Positions 49,971 through 59,723 of a stretch of 64,000 nt of DNA are shown here, piece by piece. This stretch comes from a bacterium (GTDB lineage: Bacteria; Bdellovibrionota_C; UBA2361; CALJRW01), in contig JANNBC010000015.1 of the NCBI GenBank assembly GCA_031385045.1, positions 19,665 to 83,664 on the forward strand, in the 5' to 3' direction. Numbering within the stretch: position 1 is the stretch's first letter; each line of letters starts with the position of its first letter. Both the position numbers and the translations under genes were made by a program. Below the pieces are notes generated by a model. That model was not told the origin of the DNA and did no database searches. It saw only the letters and a program-made list of their open reading frames with translations.

Positions 49971-51671
49971 TTATGCTTCTTTTTTAGTCCCATAGCCATA
50001 AGTCCATTCAGTCACGATTGGAGTTTCTGCAAAATTCTCGTGAATTGGAGGAGATTGTGTCTGCCATTCCAATGATAAAGAATTAAATGGGTTTGCTGGA
50101 GCTTTGGTTTTTCCAAAAACAAAAAAGTAGAGCAAGTTAACTAAGGCTAAGAAGTACCCCAGCGCATTGATGTAGGCACCAATTGTTGAAGTAGCATGAA
50201 GTGTTTGCAACAAGTCAAAATTTTCTAAACCAGTATAATCAAAGTAACGTCTTGGCATACCTTTCATCCCCAGCACAAACTGCGGTAAGAAAGTTAAATT
50301 AAAGCCAACGAATACTAAAACGAATGTTATCTTAGAAACTGTTTCGTTGTACATCTTGCCAGTCATCTTTGGGAACCAAAAATGGAGCGCGGCAATTAAA
50401 CCAATTACAGCACCACCTTGCATCGTATAATGAAAGTGAGCTACCACAAAATATGTATCATGATAGAAAACATCAACAGCAAGTGTTGCTAAGTAAATCC
50501 CTGTTGTTCCAGCGATCATAAACAAAAATACAAACGCCATGGCATATAACATTGGAGTGTTAAAGCTAATTGAGCCTTTGTACATTGTACTAACCCAGTT
50601 AAACACTTTCACGGCAGTTGGTACGGCGACAAAGAATGTTAGGAATGAGAATACATATGCAGCTGTGTCACCAATAGAAACAAACATATGGTGAGCCCAA
50701 ACTACGAATCCAATTAAGGCGATACCAAATGTTGCACCACAAACCATTTTATATCCAAAAATTGGCTTACGAGAGAACACGGGAAGAATCTCACCAACAA
50801 CACCAAAGGCTGGCAACACCATGATGTATACTACTGGGTGAGAGTAGAACCAGAACAAGTGAGAATAAAGAATCGGATCTCCACCTAGTGTCGGATCAAA
50901 AATTCCAACACCAAAAACTCGCTCCATGATTACTAATAGTAAGGAGATACCTACAACTGGAGTAGCAAGTGTTTGAATAATTGCAGTGGCGTAAGTTGCC
51001 CAAACAAAAACTGGTAAACGCCCCCAAGTCATTCCTGGAGCTCGTAGCTTATGAACTGTAACAATAAAGTTTAATCCGGTTAAGATTGAGGAGAAACCTA
51101 ATACGAAAGCAGCTCCTGTCATCCAAATAACAGCAGAGTGAGTTCCACTTTTTGCTAAACTGTAAGGCGCATAGAAAGTCCAACCAGTATCTACAGGACC
51201 ACCAAGTCCGGCAGTATGAACCAACCAATCAGAAAAACTCTGGTTAATAAACGGCAAAGATTCAATCGGCATTAAAGAAATAACTGCCATCGCCGCACCA
51301 ATCAGATAAATGTAGTAGCTAAGCAAGTTTAATCTTGGAAAAGCAACATCCTTAGCTCCAATCATTAGTGGTAACAAAAAATTCCCCATAACAGCAGGAA
51401 TCCCTGGCACAATAAAAAGAAAAACCATCACAACTCCATGAATTGTGAAGAAGTTATTGTACTGCTTTGGCGTTAAAAATTGAGCACCAGCAGCGAACAA
51501 TTCTGTACGAACAACCAAAGCTGCAAGCCCACCAAAAAAGAAAAAGAAAGAGATCGTAAAAAGATACATTAAAGAAATTCTCTTATGATCAAGAGTAGTC
51601 ATCCAAGACCAAATTCCTTTTTGACAATTGAGGTAGTTAGTACCCTCTACGTGTGTTTCACTGTGTGCCAT
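49971..51671 (-). CDS. ctaD: cytochrome c oxidase subunit I
   Basis: 566 aa. Canonical HPEVY-like (HPVVYIMVLP), CuB ligands (...WAHHMF...), YFVVAHFHY. Confidence 0.9.
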   Translation of the reverse strand: MAHSETHVEGTNYLNCQKGIWSWMTTLDHKRISLMYLFTISFFFFFGGLAALVVRTELFAAGAQFLTPKQYNNFFTIHGVVMVFLFIVPGIPAVMGNFLLPLMIGAKDVAFPRLNLLSYYIYLIGAAMAVISLMPIESLPFINQSFSDWLVHTAGLGGPVDTGWTFYAPYSLAKSGTHSAVIWMTGAAFVLGFSSILTGLNFIVTVHKLRAPGMTWGRLPVFVWATYATAIIQTLATPVVGISLLLVIMERVFGVGIFDPTLGGDPILYSHLFWFYSHPVVYIMVLPAFGVVGEILPVFSRKPIFGYKMVCGATFGIALIGFVVWAHHMFVSIGDTAAYVFSFLTFFVAVPTAVKVFNWVSTMYKGSISFNTPMLYAMAFVFLFMIAGTTGIYLATLAVDVFYHDTYFVVAHFHYTMQGGAVIGLIAALHFWFPKMTGKMYNETVSKITFVLVFVGFNLTFLPQFVLGMKGMPRRYFDYTGLENFDLLQTLHATSTIGAYINALGYFLALVNLLYFFVFGKTKAPANPFNSLSLEWQTQSPPIHENFAETPIVTEWTYGYGTKKEA

Positions 51672-51679
51672 AAGACCTT

Positions 51680-52951
51680 CTATTTAATTGATTTAATATA
51701 TGCTGTTAAGCTTGCAATCTCTTCATCTGTAAACTGGTAAGCCGGCATTGCTGCTGGATAGCCTTTAACAATATGTAGTGTTGAGTGTAGAATTGATTCT
51801 TTAATGTAAGCATCGTCAGCAGCATAAGTGCCACCATCTTCGAACTCACCTTTACGTCCATATAAGCCTTGAAAGCTTGGGCCAACAATCTTTGAACCAT
51901 CCAAAGAGTGACATCCGATACAAGCATTGTTCTTATAAAGTGCCTCACCTTTCTGCTCAGGAGTCATGTTTGCTGGATCAATTACCCCTTCCTCCTCTTC
52001 TTCTACAACTACTTTTTGTGTACCATCCAAAGTTTTAATATAGGCAATTACATCTAGAAGTTCTTCTTCCGGAATTTGTCCTTCGAAAACGGGCATTACT
52101 CCATTAGGGAAAGTTTTAACAACCTGCGAGCCTGGATTATAAATCGAATTACGAATATAAGCTTCATCAGCAACTGCTTTAGTTCCATCTTCGAACTCAC
52201 GCTCAGATCCATAAAGCTTAGCAAATGTTGGTCCAACAATTCGAGAACCATCAATGGAGTGACAAGTATTACAACCTTTGGCTTTATAAGTAAGTGCTCC
52301 ACGCTTAGCAGGATCGGTAATAATTTTTCCTTTATCCTCAACCCAAGCATCAAACTCAGCACGAGAAACAACTCTTAAATTTGCAAGCATCGCATAATGA
52401 CTGTCACCGCAATACTCTGTACAATAAGCCATGTACTTACCAGTCTTAATTGGAGTGAATGTTAGATAAGTATAGCTTCCTGGAATTACATCACGCTTAA
52501 CACGCATGGAAGGTAAAAAGAAAGAGTGCATCACATCTTTTGATTGCATTAACAGTCGCACTGGCTCATCAACAGGAATGACAAACTCACTAGTAGTTTT
52601 TTTACCGTTTTCGTATTCAAATTCCCAAAACCACTTCTGACCAGTAACGTTAATGGTCATCGCATTTGGATCTACTTGACGAATTTCGTGATAATAAATA
52701 ATTCCATAATAAGCGATAATTACACAAATAATCGTTGGAACAACTGTCCACACAATCTCCAAGGAATGGCTACCTTCAATTTGCGGAGTCTCGTGATCAA
52801 CACCATTTCGCTTGCGATACTTCCAAGCAAAGTAAAGCATCACACCAACAATTAGGACGGTAAAAAAAACCGATAAGTCAGTAATTAAATTATGGATCCA
52901 ATCGACATGTGGAGCATGCTTGGAGGCTTGTTCTGGTAAATATCTAAACAT
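51680..52951 (-). CDS. ctaC: cytochrome c oxidase subunit II fused to two c-type cytochrome domains (caa3-type, dihaem)
   Basis: CuA site H...CTEYCGDSHYAM. Two CxxCH haem motifs (CNTCH, CIGCH), each in a ~100-aa repeat. Confidence 0.85.
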   Translation of the reverse strand: MFRYLPEQASKHAPHVDWIHNLITDLSVFFTVLIVGVMLYFAWKYRKRNGVDHETPQIEGSHSLEIVWTVVPTIICVIIAYYGIIYYHEIRQVDPNAMTINVTGQKWFWEFEYENGKKTTSEFVIPVDEPVRLLMQSKDVMHSFFLPSMRVKRDVIPGSYTYLTFTPIKTGKYMAYCTEYCGDSHYAMLANLRVVSRAEFDAWVEDKGKIITDPAKRGALTYKAKGCNTCHSIDGSRIVGPTFAKLYGSEREFEDGTKAVADEAYIRNSIYNPGSQVVKTFPNGVMPVFEGQIPEEELLDVIAYIKTLDGTQKVVVEEEEEGVIDPANMTPEQKGEALYKNNACIGCHSLDGSKIVGPSFQGLYGRKGEFEDGGTYAADDAYIKESILHSTLHIVKGYPAAMPAYQFTDEEIASLTAYIKSIK

Positions 52952-53139
52952 AAACTTATTTTAATGCACTTTTTAGTCGTAACTTAATAATACAGTCAAA
53001 GAGAAATGTCATGAGTAAAACATCTACTTTTTACTGTATCTATAGTTTTTAAGGTATTCAAACTTGGAAACTATCCAAGATTTGAAAGTCCCAAATCCAA
53101 ATGAAAGAATCGGAAATTATTTCAACTCTTAACTATGAG

Positions 53140-53931
53140 CTAATTCTTCTTATCTAAGACCCATAATTTTAACAATAATCCACCTAATAGTAAAATTACT
53201 AGGGCACCACTAACTTTCAAACTGCGATCCACAAGCCAGGTATACTGGCCCTTAGTATGATCAAAGCGGAAACAGAAGAGTAATGCTTGATCAATAAAAC
53301 TTCCGACATGTCCTTTAGACGCTTCAACCAAGGACAACTTAAGATCAAATGGTTTAAATTTTATGTTTGCAAAATACTGAGAAATCGCTCCCTCGGGAGT
53401 CATTACATAAACAGCAGCAGAATGGGCGAAGTCATTACCATCTTTTAGATAACGATATCCAAGCTGAGCCATTAGAGGAGCAATTTGCTCTTCTTTGCCA
53501 ACTAAGAACTCCCAAGCACCTTTTGGCGTCTCTTTATTTTGAAGTAATTGCGTAAATTCTTCTTTCTTAGCAAGAGCATTTTCAGGGGTATCAGTATGAT
53601 CAAAACTGAAGGTAACTATTTGATAATCCTGGCCTAATTTAAGTTCTAGTCGATTAACTAGCTCAACCACACCATTAAAAACTAAGCCACAAAGATGTGG
53701 GCAAGTAAAATACCCTGGAACCAAAATAACTGGTCTATTTTCTTTAAAAAAACTACTAAGTGGAACAGTTTCTCCGGCAGAGTTTTGAAAATTAAGGCTT
53801 AAATCAATTTGCTGCCCTAATTTATCAAGAGGAGTTACTAAATTAAGTTCCGCTTCAGGCTTATCTAATCCCCAAACCAAGAGAGGATTTACTAGTAATA
53901 TCAATAGGATAAGGCTTAAGTGGCGAATCAT
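53140..53931 (-). CDS. SCO1/SenC copper chaperone
   Basis: Thioredoxin-like CPHLC (CxxxC) with downstream His. Signal anchor. Immediately upstream of the oxidase operon. Confidence 0.8.
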   Translation of the reverse strand: MIRHLSLILLILLVNPLLVWGLDKPEAELNLVTPLDKLGQQIDLSLNFQNSAGETVPLSSFFKENRPVILVPGYFTCPHLCGLVFNGVVELVNRLELKLGQDYQIVTFSFDHTDTPENALAKKEEFTQLLQNKETPKGAWEFLVGKEEQIAPLMAQLGYRYLKDGNDFAHSAAVYVMTPEGAISQYFANIKFKPFDLKLSLVEASKGHVGSFIDQALLFCFRFDHTKGQYTWLVDRSLKVSGALVILLLGGLLLKLWVLDKKN

Positions 53932-54001
53932 GGGACGAACTATATACTATATTACGTAAAAGCTAAACAGCTTACCCTATATATAGTCGTATAATTTTGG
54001 A

Positions 54002-54388
54002 TTACTGACTATTAGAACAGTCTTCTCGGCAATTACAATTATTCTCTGATTTGGAATCACAAATCTTATCTCCGCACTTTAAACAGGCATAGACATACCC
54101 GCCGGCATACCCAGTACCGCAAACGCGAATACTTTCGCGATCAATTAAGCCCTGACAGCATGGTGGGTTTAATTTCCAACCATCGTTTCCAGGAATACCA
54201 CCGACACTACTAGTCTCGCCTTCCTTTAAACAAACATTCGGGCTCAAAGATTCTTCTGCAAATACTGGAAGAGAAAAACAAACTATTAATAAAAGTAAAA
54301 AATATTTATTTAAAACTATTTTAAAAGATACTGGCTGTCTTAGTACAACTGCGAGATTCAATCTTTTCATTCGATATCGGAGCATCAA
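54002..54388 (-). CDS. small secreted Cys-rich protein
   Basis: 128 aa. Signal-anchor-like hydrophobic segment, then 12 Cys in ~80 residues (…PPCCQGL…CGTGYAGGYVYACLKCGDKICDSKSENNCNCREDCS). Confidence 0.4.
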   Translation of the reverse strand: MMLRYRMKRLNLAVVLRQPVSFKIVLNKYFLLLLIVCFSLPVFAEESLSPNVCLKEGETSSVGGIPGNDGWKLNPPCCQGLIDRESIRVCGTGYAGGYVYACLKCGDKICDSKSENNCNCREDCSNSQ

Positions 54389-55464
54389 TTAGCCTTCAAA
54401 AATTCTACGTTTACTTCCTTTAACTCTAATAATTTTTGTAATTTACTAAATTGAGCGGCGACTCCTTTCTCAAACCAAACTTCAAATTCTTTTAAATCAG
54501 TTAATGTTGCTAACTGTACACAACAATCAGCCAAATCAAGAAAGCAACTATCAGTTAAACTTTTTGCAGTTGGACTACTCGGAGGTAGGCACTGTCCAGC
54601 CTCGCTAAAACTTGCCAGTCGCGATTCTAGTGGAAATAAATTAGCATTCCAATTATTAGGCAGCTCTAATTCAGAAGGATAATACCTAGCGATTCTTGCT
54701 TGTAATAGATCGCTTGCGGTAAACATCCCACTCTTTGCTAGCCCACTGTCCGTAGCCTTTTGTAACTTTTTAGGATCGTCTAGGTAGGATAAATAATCTT
54801 TTACGAAGCTAACTAAACTAATAGAAAATAAACTATCCGCATCGAAATGATGTCGACCAACTTCTGGTAACTCCGGGAATCTTCCGATTAAAGGATGATC
54901 ATGGGTTTCAATAACTTTTAAAAATAATTCAGGATTACTAATCTCACTGCGCTTAGCATAAAGTAAGCCCTCTTCACTAAAGATTAAAGAACTAGCAAAC
55001 TCTCTAGAAAGTAAAGAGTGTAAGATTCTAGTATCAGGATTTTCCCAATGGGCTCCTGATCTTTTTAGATATTGATCCGTAGTGGCACCTTGGTTACTAG
55101 CTAATACTCCATACCCGCGATCGTGTAAGATTGAAGCAGTAACTAACCAGTCAGGAAGTAAATCAAATCTCCCGGAACTATTCTCGTAACGAACAATTAT
55201 TTGCAAAGATTGATTTACAAAAATATCATGCGGATCTCGCCACCAGTCTTTAGGAGCATAAGGAACTTTTTGACAGGCATCAAAAACTTCTAAATCAAAT
55301 TGTTTTAGATGAGCACGAAAACTGTCCAAGCGATTTTGAAATTCAGCTGTTGCTAGCGTGCTAATCATTGACATTAACTGTTGTCTCAAAACTGAATCAG
55401 TTGTCAGAGAATTTGACAAAGTATTAGTAGCTAGAGGTTCCCCCATAGGTTGTAAGTCTGGCAT
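54385..55464 (-). CDS. hypothetical protein
   Basis: 359 aa. 4-nt overlap with the downstream Cys-rich gene (operon). Confidence 0.35.
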   Translation of the reverse strand: MPDLQPMGEPLATNTLSNSLTTDSVLRQQLMSMISTLATAEFQNRLDSFRAHLKQFDLEVFDACQKVPYAPKDWWRDPHDIFVNQSLQIIVRYENSSGRFDLLPDWLVTASILHDRGYGVLASNQGATTDQYLKRSGAHWENPDTRILHSLLSREFASSLIFSEEGLLYAKRSEISNPELFLKVIETHDHPLIGRFPELPEVGRHHFDADSLFSISLVSFVKDYLSYLDDPKKLQKATDSGLAKSGMFTASDLLQARIARYYPSELELPNNWNANLFPLESRLASFSEAGQCLPPSSPTAKSLTDSCFLDLADCCVQLATLTDLKEFEVWFEKGVAAQFSKLQKLLELKEVNVEFLKAN

Positions 55465-55772
55465 GAAATTAAAATGTTATAATAAACCCAAACGCTCATC
55501 GTCTGGCAAAGTAAGGCAACTTAAGAGAAATTATTTAACTTGATTATAATATCCCACACTTTAATTTACTCTAAAATAGGCCAGCTCTTCCCCTAACTTA
55601 CTAAAGTTATTGTAATAATTAACATTAATCCTTTACTATCTAAACAAACCATCGTATTATTTAACAACTATTTAGCTACCCTAACACTTATTTAGCTAGA
55701 TATAACAAGTATTTTCTTTCCTTAAGCATCATTAGGGAACAGAATTTAAACAATTTTACTCTGAGCTAAAAC

Positions 55773-56177
55773 ATGGAAGAAACTTGGAAAACCTTCGAAG
55801 GTAACGATATTACCCATAGCGCTGCTCATCACTTGATGGCTGTCCTAGAACTTAAAGAGCAACATGGCTACGCCCGAGTAATTGATGTTGCTAGACATTT
55901 ACACATTACTTCTGGAAGTGCCTCTACAAATTTAAAAAGTTTAAAAAATAAAAATTTAATTATTGAAGATGAAAATCGTTTTCTACATCTTTCAGAAGAA
56001 GGTGAGAACTTAGCTAAATTAGTAATACGTAGAAAAAAAGTTTTATTAGATTTTTTAACTGATGTCCTTAAGGTTACTCCTGAGCAAGCAGAAATTGATG
56101 CCTGCAAAACTGAGCATTTAATTAGTATCGAGACAACTAAAAAGCTAGAAAAATTTGTACAAACTCAAGGCAAATAA
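55773..56177 (+). CDS. DtxR/MntR-family metal-dependent transcriptional regulator
   Basis: 134 aa. N-terminal wHTH ...SAAHHLMAVLEL.E..GYARVIDVARHL.IT.GSAS..LK.L... typical of the DtxR family. Confidence 0.5.
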   Translation: MEETWKTFEGNDITHSAAHHLMAVLELKEQHGYARVIDVARHLHITSGSASTNLKSLKNKNLIIEDENRFLHLSEEGENLAKLVIRRKKVLLDFLTDVLKVTPEQAEIDACKTEHLISIETTKKLEKFVQTQGK

Positions 56178-56216
56178 TTTTCACACCAAAACCTAACTAA
56201 GCAAATAAAAAATACA

Positions 56217-56645
56217 ATGAAAGCAAAATTACAAGCAGATATGAAAGATGCTATGAGGGCAAAAGAAAAAGTTAAACTAAATACAGTCCGTGCCTTAATC
56301 TCGGCAATTCAATACGAAGAGATGCAAAAAGGCGTAGAGCTAAAAGAGGATCAGTATATTGCTATCTTTAAAAACGAAGTTAAAAAGCGCAAAGAAAGCT
56401 TAGAATACTTAGAAAAAGAAAATCGCCAAGACGAAGTGGCAATCTCGCTAGAGGAGCTGCGTGTGATCGAGTCTTACTTGCCGAAGCAAATGAATGCCGA
56501 AGAACTTAAGAAGTTACTAATTGAGTTCAAAGCACAAAATGCCTCGGCCAACATGGGACAAGCGATGTCTTACTTAAAAGATAATTTCGCTGGTCAATAT
56601 GACGGAAAAGATGCTAGCACTCTGGCCAAAGAAGTGATGGCTTAA
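56217..56645 (+). CDS. yqeY: GatB/YqeY-domain protein
   Basis: MKAKLQADMKDAMRAKEKVKLNTVRALISAIQ...LEEL..IESYLP matches the YqeY pattern. Confidence 0.8.
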   Translation: MKAKLQADMKDAMRAKEKVKLNTVRALISAIQYEEMQKGVELKEDQYIAIFKNEVKKRKESLEYLEKENRQDEVAISLEELRVIESYLPKQMNAEELKKLLIEFKAQNASANMGQAMSYLKDNFAGQYDGKDASTLAKEVMA

Positions 56646-57535
56646 TGTCTAGAATCTTAGTCTCCGGTGCAACTGGATTTGTTGGTCAAAGGCTAAGTAC
56701 TTCGCTTCTAAGTAAAAACCATCAAGTTATTAAACTAAGTCGAAAAAAATCGCATCCAGATATTATTGCTTGGGATGTAGATCGACAAACTCTCAACTCT
56801 GACGAGCTAGAAAATTTTAATTCGATCGTCCACTTAGCAGGAGAAACTATTCTGGGTCTTTGGACTAAAAAGAAAAAAGAGAAAATTTATCGGAGTCGAA
56901 TTCAAGGAACAAAGCTTCTTGTTAGTAAGATCTTAAAATTAAAAAGCCCACCTAAAACTTTCATCTGCGCTTCAGCTGTCGGTATCTATGGGCAGAACAT
57001 CCTAACACCAGTAACAGAAGAAAGCGCACTAGCTAATGATTTTTTAGCTAATGTCTGTAGAGAATGGGAGTCCGCTTGCCAACCACTAGTCGAGGCAGGA
57101 ATTAGAGTAGTTAACTTAAGAATTGGTGTAGTGATTGATCCAAGTGGTGGAATGTTAAAGCAAATGCTACTGCCATTTAAACTTGGACTGGGAGCTTGGC
57201 TAGGCAGTGGAAAACAACACTTAGCCTGGGTTAGCTTAGATGATTTGATTCAAATTACAGAATTTTGCTTAAATGATTTAACAGTAGCAGGACCTATCAA
57301 TGTGGTTGCACCAGAAATGATTACAAACAAAGTTTTTTGCCAGAGCCTAGCTAAAAAGCTAAACAGATTCTGCCTATTTGGAATTCCAAAAGTTCTGATT
57401 CAAGTTTTATTAGGGAAAGAATTTTCTAGAATGATTATAGGTAATCAAAAAATTATTCCTAAAAAACTACAAGATTTGAATTATCAGTTTATTGCACCAA
57501 CCTTTAGTTCTTATTTAGAACAAAAAAAGTTTTAG
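56645..57535 (+). CDS. TIGR01777/YfcH-family epimerase-like protein (NAD-binding + DUF1731)
   Basis: ILVSGATGFVGQRL Rossmann N-terminus and LAGE motif. About 296 aa. Confidence 0.7.
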   Translation: MSRILVSGATGFVGQRLSTSLLSKNHQVIKLSRKKSHPDIIAWDVDRQTLNSDELENFNSIVHLAGETILGLWTKKKKEKIYRSRIQGTKLLVSKILKLKSPPKTFICASAVGIYGQNILTPVTEESALANDFLANVCREWESACQPLVEAGIRVVNLRIGVVIDPSGGMLKQMLLPFKLGLGAWLGSGKQHLAWVSLDDLIQITEFCLNDLTVAGPINVVAPEMITNKVFCQSLAKKLNRFCLFGIPKVLIQVLLGKEFSRMIIGNQKIIPKKLQDLNYQFIAPTFSSYLEQKKF

Positions 57536-58293
57536 GACTTTAGTTTCTGTTGGTATCCTAATTTTGGATCGTTACAGACCTTACTTAACTTACCAACCAC
57601 TTCTTTTTTCACAGGCACTGTATCTCGACCACTTAAATGAAATTCTAATTTATCTAGATAAATTTCTGGGAAAGCTCGAAGGATTTCAAATACTGGCTTG
57701 GTTGACTTAGAATATGTCTCAAGCCGAGTTTGAATGACCTCTGGTGTATCATCAAGTCTAATTCGACCACTCTTGGTGGCATCAGTTGTTCTCTTGGTTA
57801 AACGAGCATTTAATTCTAGAGGGTCAGAATAATCATAATCTAGCTCTAAAACAAATGGCTTATTACTCCAAGCTTTAGTTAGCTCTAATAAAAAACTAGC
57901 TTGCGTAGCTGTGCGCGGATAACCATCTAAAATAATTCCTTTCGGATTGTTCTTTAAGACACTAAGTACAAATTCATTAATAAAGGCATCTGATAGCAAA
58001 GTTCCATGATTCATCTTTCTTAAATAAGACTCGTATTGCTGTTTGCGTGGGCCATCAACAAAATTTATTTCGTCATTAAGATAGTTTCTGATTAGATCAG
58101 AAAGAATGCAGTGGGGAAGATTTTCGTAAGTATGAGCCACAAATCCACCAGTTAAACTTTTACCACTAAGTGGTGGCCCAACAAGTAAAAAGAGTCGCTG
58201 TGCTGGCTCTAATGATTTGTAAAAAAGTTCTTGTTCTTTAAGAGCACTGCTATCAGGAATACCTCCTGTGATTTGTGCTAATTTGGGATTCAC
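57532..58293 (-). CDS. P-loop nucleoside-monophosphate-kinase-like protein
   Basis: LLVGPPLSGKS P-loop, adenylate-kinase-like length. Divergent. Confidence 0.4.
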   Translation of the reverse strand: MNPKLAQITGGIPDSSALKEQELFYKSLEPAQRLFLLVGPPLSGKSLTGGFVAHTYENLPHCILSDLIRNYLNDEINFVDGPRKQQYESYLRKMNHGTLLSDAFINEFVLSVLKNNPKGIILDGYPRTATQASFLLELTKAWSNKPFVLELDYDYSDPLELNARLTKRTTDATKSGRIRLDDTPEVIQTRLETYSKSTKPVFEILRAFPEIYLDKLEFHLSGRDTVPVKKEVVGKLSKVCNDPKLGYQQKLKS

Positions 58294-58307
58294 GACAAGT
58301 AACCTTA

Positions 58308-59696
58308 CTAAAATAAAATTTCATATTCTGGATCAATCTGTTTTAAAGCATCTCTTACAGCCCCTCGAATCACCTCTGGCAAAGCAGGGTGAATATAAAT
58401 CTGCTGGTAAAGTTGCTGAACTGTAAGCTTAAGTGTTGCAGCAAGAACTAACTCCTGAATTAAAGTCGAAGCTTCTTCGCCAATAATATGAGCGCCAAGT
58501 AAACATCCAGTTGATCGCTCGACAATTAACTTTACTAATCCAAACTCTGTGCCACGAGCCTTAGCCATAGCAACATTAAACTTTGATTTTCCAATTAGGT
58601 AATCAAGCTTTTGCGACTTGGCTTCCTCTTCAGTGAGACCAACAGAAGCAATTTCTGGATCCGTAAAGACCGCTGCCGGAACGGGCGGATATTCTATCGG
58701 ATTAGGACTCTTAGTCAAATAATTAGCCTTAATCCAATACTCAGCTTCAAAGTTAACGCTGTGTCGAAATAAGAAATTTCCAGCAACATCTCCAATCGCA
58801 AAGACCCCCGCAACATTAGTTTCTAAAAACTTACCAACTGCAATAAAGCCATTTTGTTTAACTTTAATATTACTGCGATTAAGCCCTAATTGATCGCTAT
58901 TAGGAGTAATGCCAGCACAAACTAATAACTCCTCAGCTTCAATCATTTGAGTAGTACCCTCTTGCTTAATTACAACTTGAAATTTTTTATCCTGATAACT
59001 CGCTTTTAGAAACTCGCAGTTACTAAAAACTTTTTTATCCTTAGAAAATTCTTTCACAAATATTTCTTGAATCTCCGAATCAACATGTCTTAAAAACTGA
59101 CTGCGAACTAAAAAAGTTACTTCCGATCCAAGTGAACTGTAAGCACCTCCTAGTTCTGTGGCAATATATCCACCACCAATAACAATAATACTTTTAGGAA
59201 GCCGCTTAGCACGAAGTGCTTCATTACTAGTCATAAAGGGTGTATGAGCTAGTCCTGGAATTTCAGGAATTAATGGCCTAGAACCAGTTGCAATTACGAT
59301 CTGAGTAGCGGTTAAACGTTCTCCATTAACTTCAATAATCTTATCTTCAACAAACTCAGCCTTGCCTTGGTAGTAATCAACATTAGGATTATTAATTCTT
59401 CCTTCGGAAATTTTCTGAGAAGTTCCATCCGTATAAGTATTAATCCTTTTAATTAAATTTTCGAAATCAATTTCGGAGGAATGAACTTTTAGATTAATCT
59501 TATCTAAGCTATTTAAATGCTTATAAAGATTAGCTGGATGAATTAACATTTTACTAGGGATACAGCCCCGATTTAAACAGGTACCTCCCGCCTTCCCTTT
59601 TTCAATTAAGGCGACTTTTTTCCCAAGTTTTAAAGCTGAGCCAATAATTTTATTACCACCGCCACTTCCAATAACTATTAAATCGTAGGTTTTCAT
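58308..59696 (-). CDS. class I pyridine nucleotide-disulfide oxidoreductase (dihydrolipoyl dehydrogenase/glutathione reductase family)
   Basis: FAD GxGxxG (VIGSGGGN), redox-active GGTCLNRGCIPSK, NAD site VIGGGYIATE, C-terminal dimerisation His-Pro region. Confidence 0.75.
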   Translation of the reverse strand: MKTYDLIVIGSGGGNKIIGSALKLGKKVALIEKGKAGGTCLNRGCIPSKMLIHPANLYKHLNSLDKINLKVHSSEIDFENLIKRINTYTDGTSQKISEGRINNPNVDYYQGKAEFVEDKIIEVNGERLTATQIVIATGSRPLIPEIPGLAHTPFMTSNEALRAKRLPKSIIVIGGGYIATELGGAYSSLGSEVTFLVRSQFLRHVDSEIQEIFVKEFSKDKKVFSNCEFLKASYQDKKFQVVIKQEGTTQMIEAEELLVCAGITPNSDQLGLNRSNIKVKQNGFIAVGKFLETNVAGVFAIGDVAGNFLFRHSVNFEAEYWIKANYLTKSPNPIEYPPVPAAVFTDPEIASVGLTEEEAKSQKLDYLIGKSKFNVAMAKARGTEFGLVKLIVERSTGCLLGAHIIGEEASTLIQELVLAATLKLTVQQLYQQIYIHPALPEVIRGAVRDALKQIDPEYEILF

Positions 59697-59723
59697 AGAT
59701 ACAATGTAAAAAAATCTTATCTG

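Noticed and set aside
53945-53995. CTATATATAG-containing segment upstream of SCO1 as a third NrdR box
   Set aside because: It shares only the AT core. The flanking ACAC/GTGT half-site ends that define NrdR boxes are absent.
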